Shown piece by piece: positions 32,336-32,602 of a stretch of 32,602 nt of DNA. How positions within the stretch are numbered: position 1 is the first letter of the stretch; every line of letters begins with the position of its first letter. Below the pieces are notes generated by a model, which was given only the letters and a program-made list of their open reading frames with translations, did no database searches and was not told the DNA's origin. The stretch is from a virus (Duplodnaviria; Caudoviricetes), in the IMG/VR virus record IMGVR_UViG_3300048850_000167, positions 1 to 32,602 of that record, one strand, 5' to 3'. A program made the position numbers and the translations under genes.

Positions 32336-32602
32336 GGTGAAGTTCAAGACTGTCTCAAACCAGATCCAGACGGGAGCATCCTCCCACAGCATCGAGCCTT
32401 CGATACAGTCCTCGCCGGCAACCCATTCTGGCAAGCGCAACTGAGCGTTGGGCGATAGTGCTGCGACAGACTCGATCAACCGGCGATGGGCCTCCTCCTG
32501 GCAAGTCGCACTGCCCCACAGGGCGAACGCCCAGCCTTCAGGACCGCAGTTGCCGAACTGAGGCGACGATTGGACATCCTCTATGCGGACGAATGCAGTC
32601 AT
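32261..32602 (-). CDS. Hypothetical accessory protein (113 aa)
   Basis: Trp-rich globular composition, more AT-rich than the structural genes; starts at the window edge. Confidence 0.6.
   Translation of the reverse strand: MTAFVRIEDVQSSPQFGNCGPEGWAFALWGSATCQEEAHRRLIESVAALSPNAQLRLPEWVAGEDCIEGSMLWEDAPVWIWFETVLNFTSFWSANRRSIDSLRAAALPLARAA

Larger units (their letters stand above)
1..32602. mobile_element. P2-like (Peduoviridae-type) prophage with phiCTX-like organisation; ends not contained in the window
   Basis: Integrase, repressor/Cro switch, Ogr, and a complete P2-type head, tail and lysis gene set in conserved blocks; no att or cos seen. Confidence 0.96.

Noticed and set aside
32017-32602. 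cos or attR site
   Set aside because: No P2-like cos sequence, tRNA end or repeat shared with the left end was seen; they probably lie outside the window

Overview
The whole window is a P2-like (phiCTX/RSA1-type gene order) temperate myovirus prophage in a high-GC alphaproteobacterial host, probably a sphingomonad (inferred from the host-like GapR copy, composition and motif usage). Left to right: tyrosine integrase; a leftward early operon (small ORFs, GapR/DUF2312, HTH-zinc protein, Ogr, CII-like, Cro-like); a rightward XRE repressor; an accessory block (TM2 membrane protein, DUF262/ParB-like protein, MAE_28990-type HEPN protein, convergent C5 DNA methyltransferase); the full leftward late region (D, U, T, E/E', FII, FI, W, V, tailspike, H, I, J, S, R, spanins, endolysin, holin, X, L, M, N, O); and rightward terminase P and portal Q. 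No att or cos site and no recognisable replication gene lie inside the window. The strongest candidate for an uncharacterised system is the DUF262-HEPN-methyltransferase cassette: sensor and RNase face the lysogenic direction, and an overlapping antisense methylase faces the lytic direction behind a near-LexA box. Other highlights: three conserved late-activator palindromes positioned for leaderless mRNAs, a tandem-duplicated tail chaperone with a -1 frameshift, a lipoprotein inside the tail operon, a beta-helix tailspike, repeated ssrA-like AAND motifs and several hidden micro-ORFs. All family assignments are from motif recognition by eye, not database searches.
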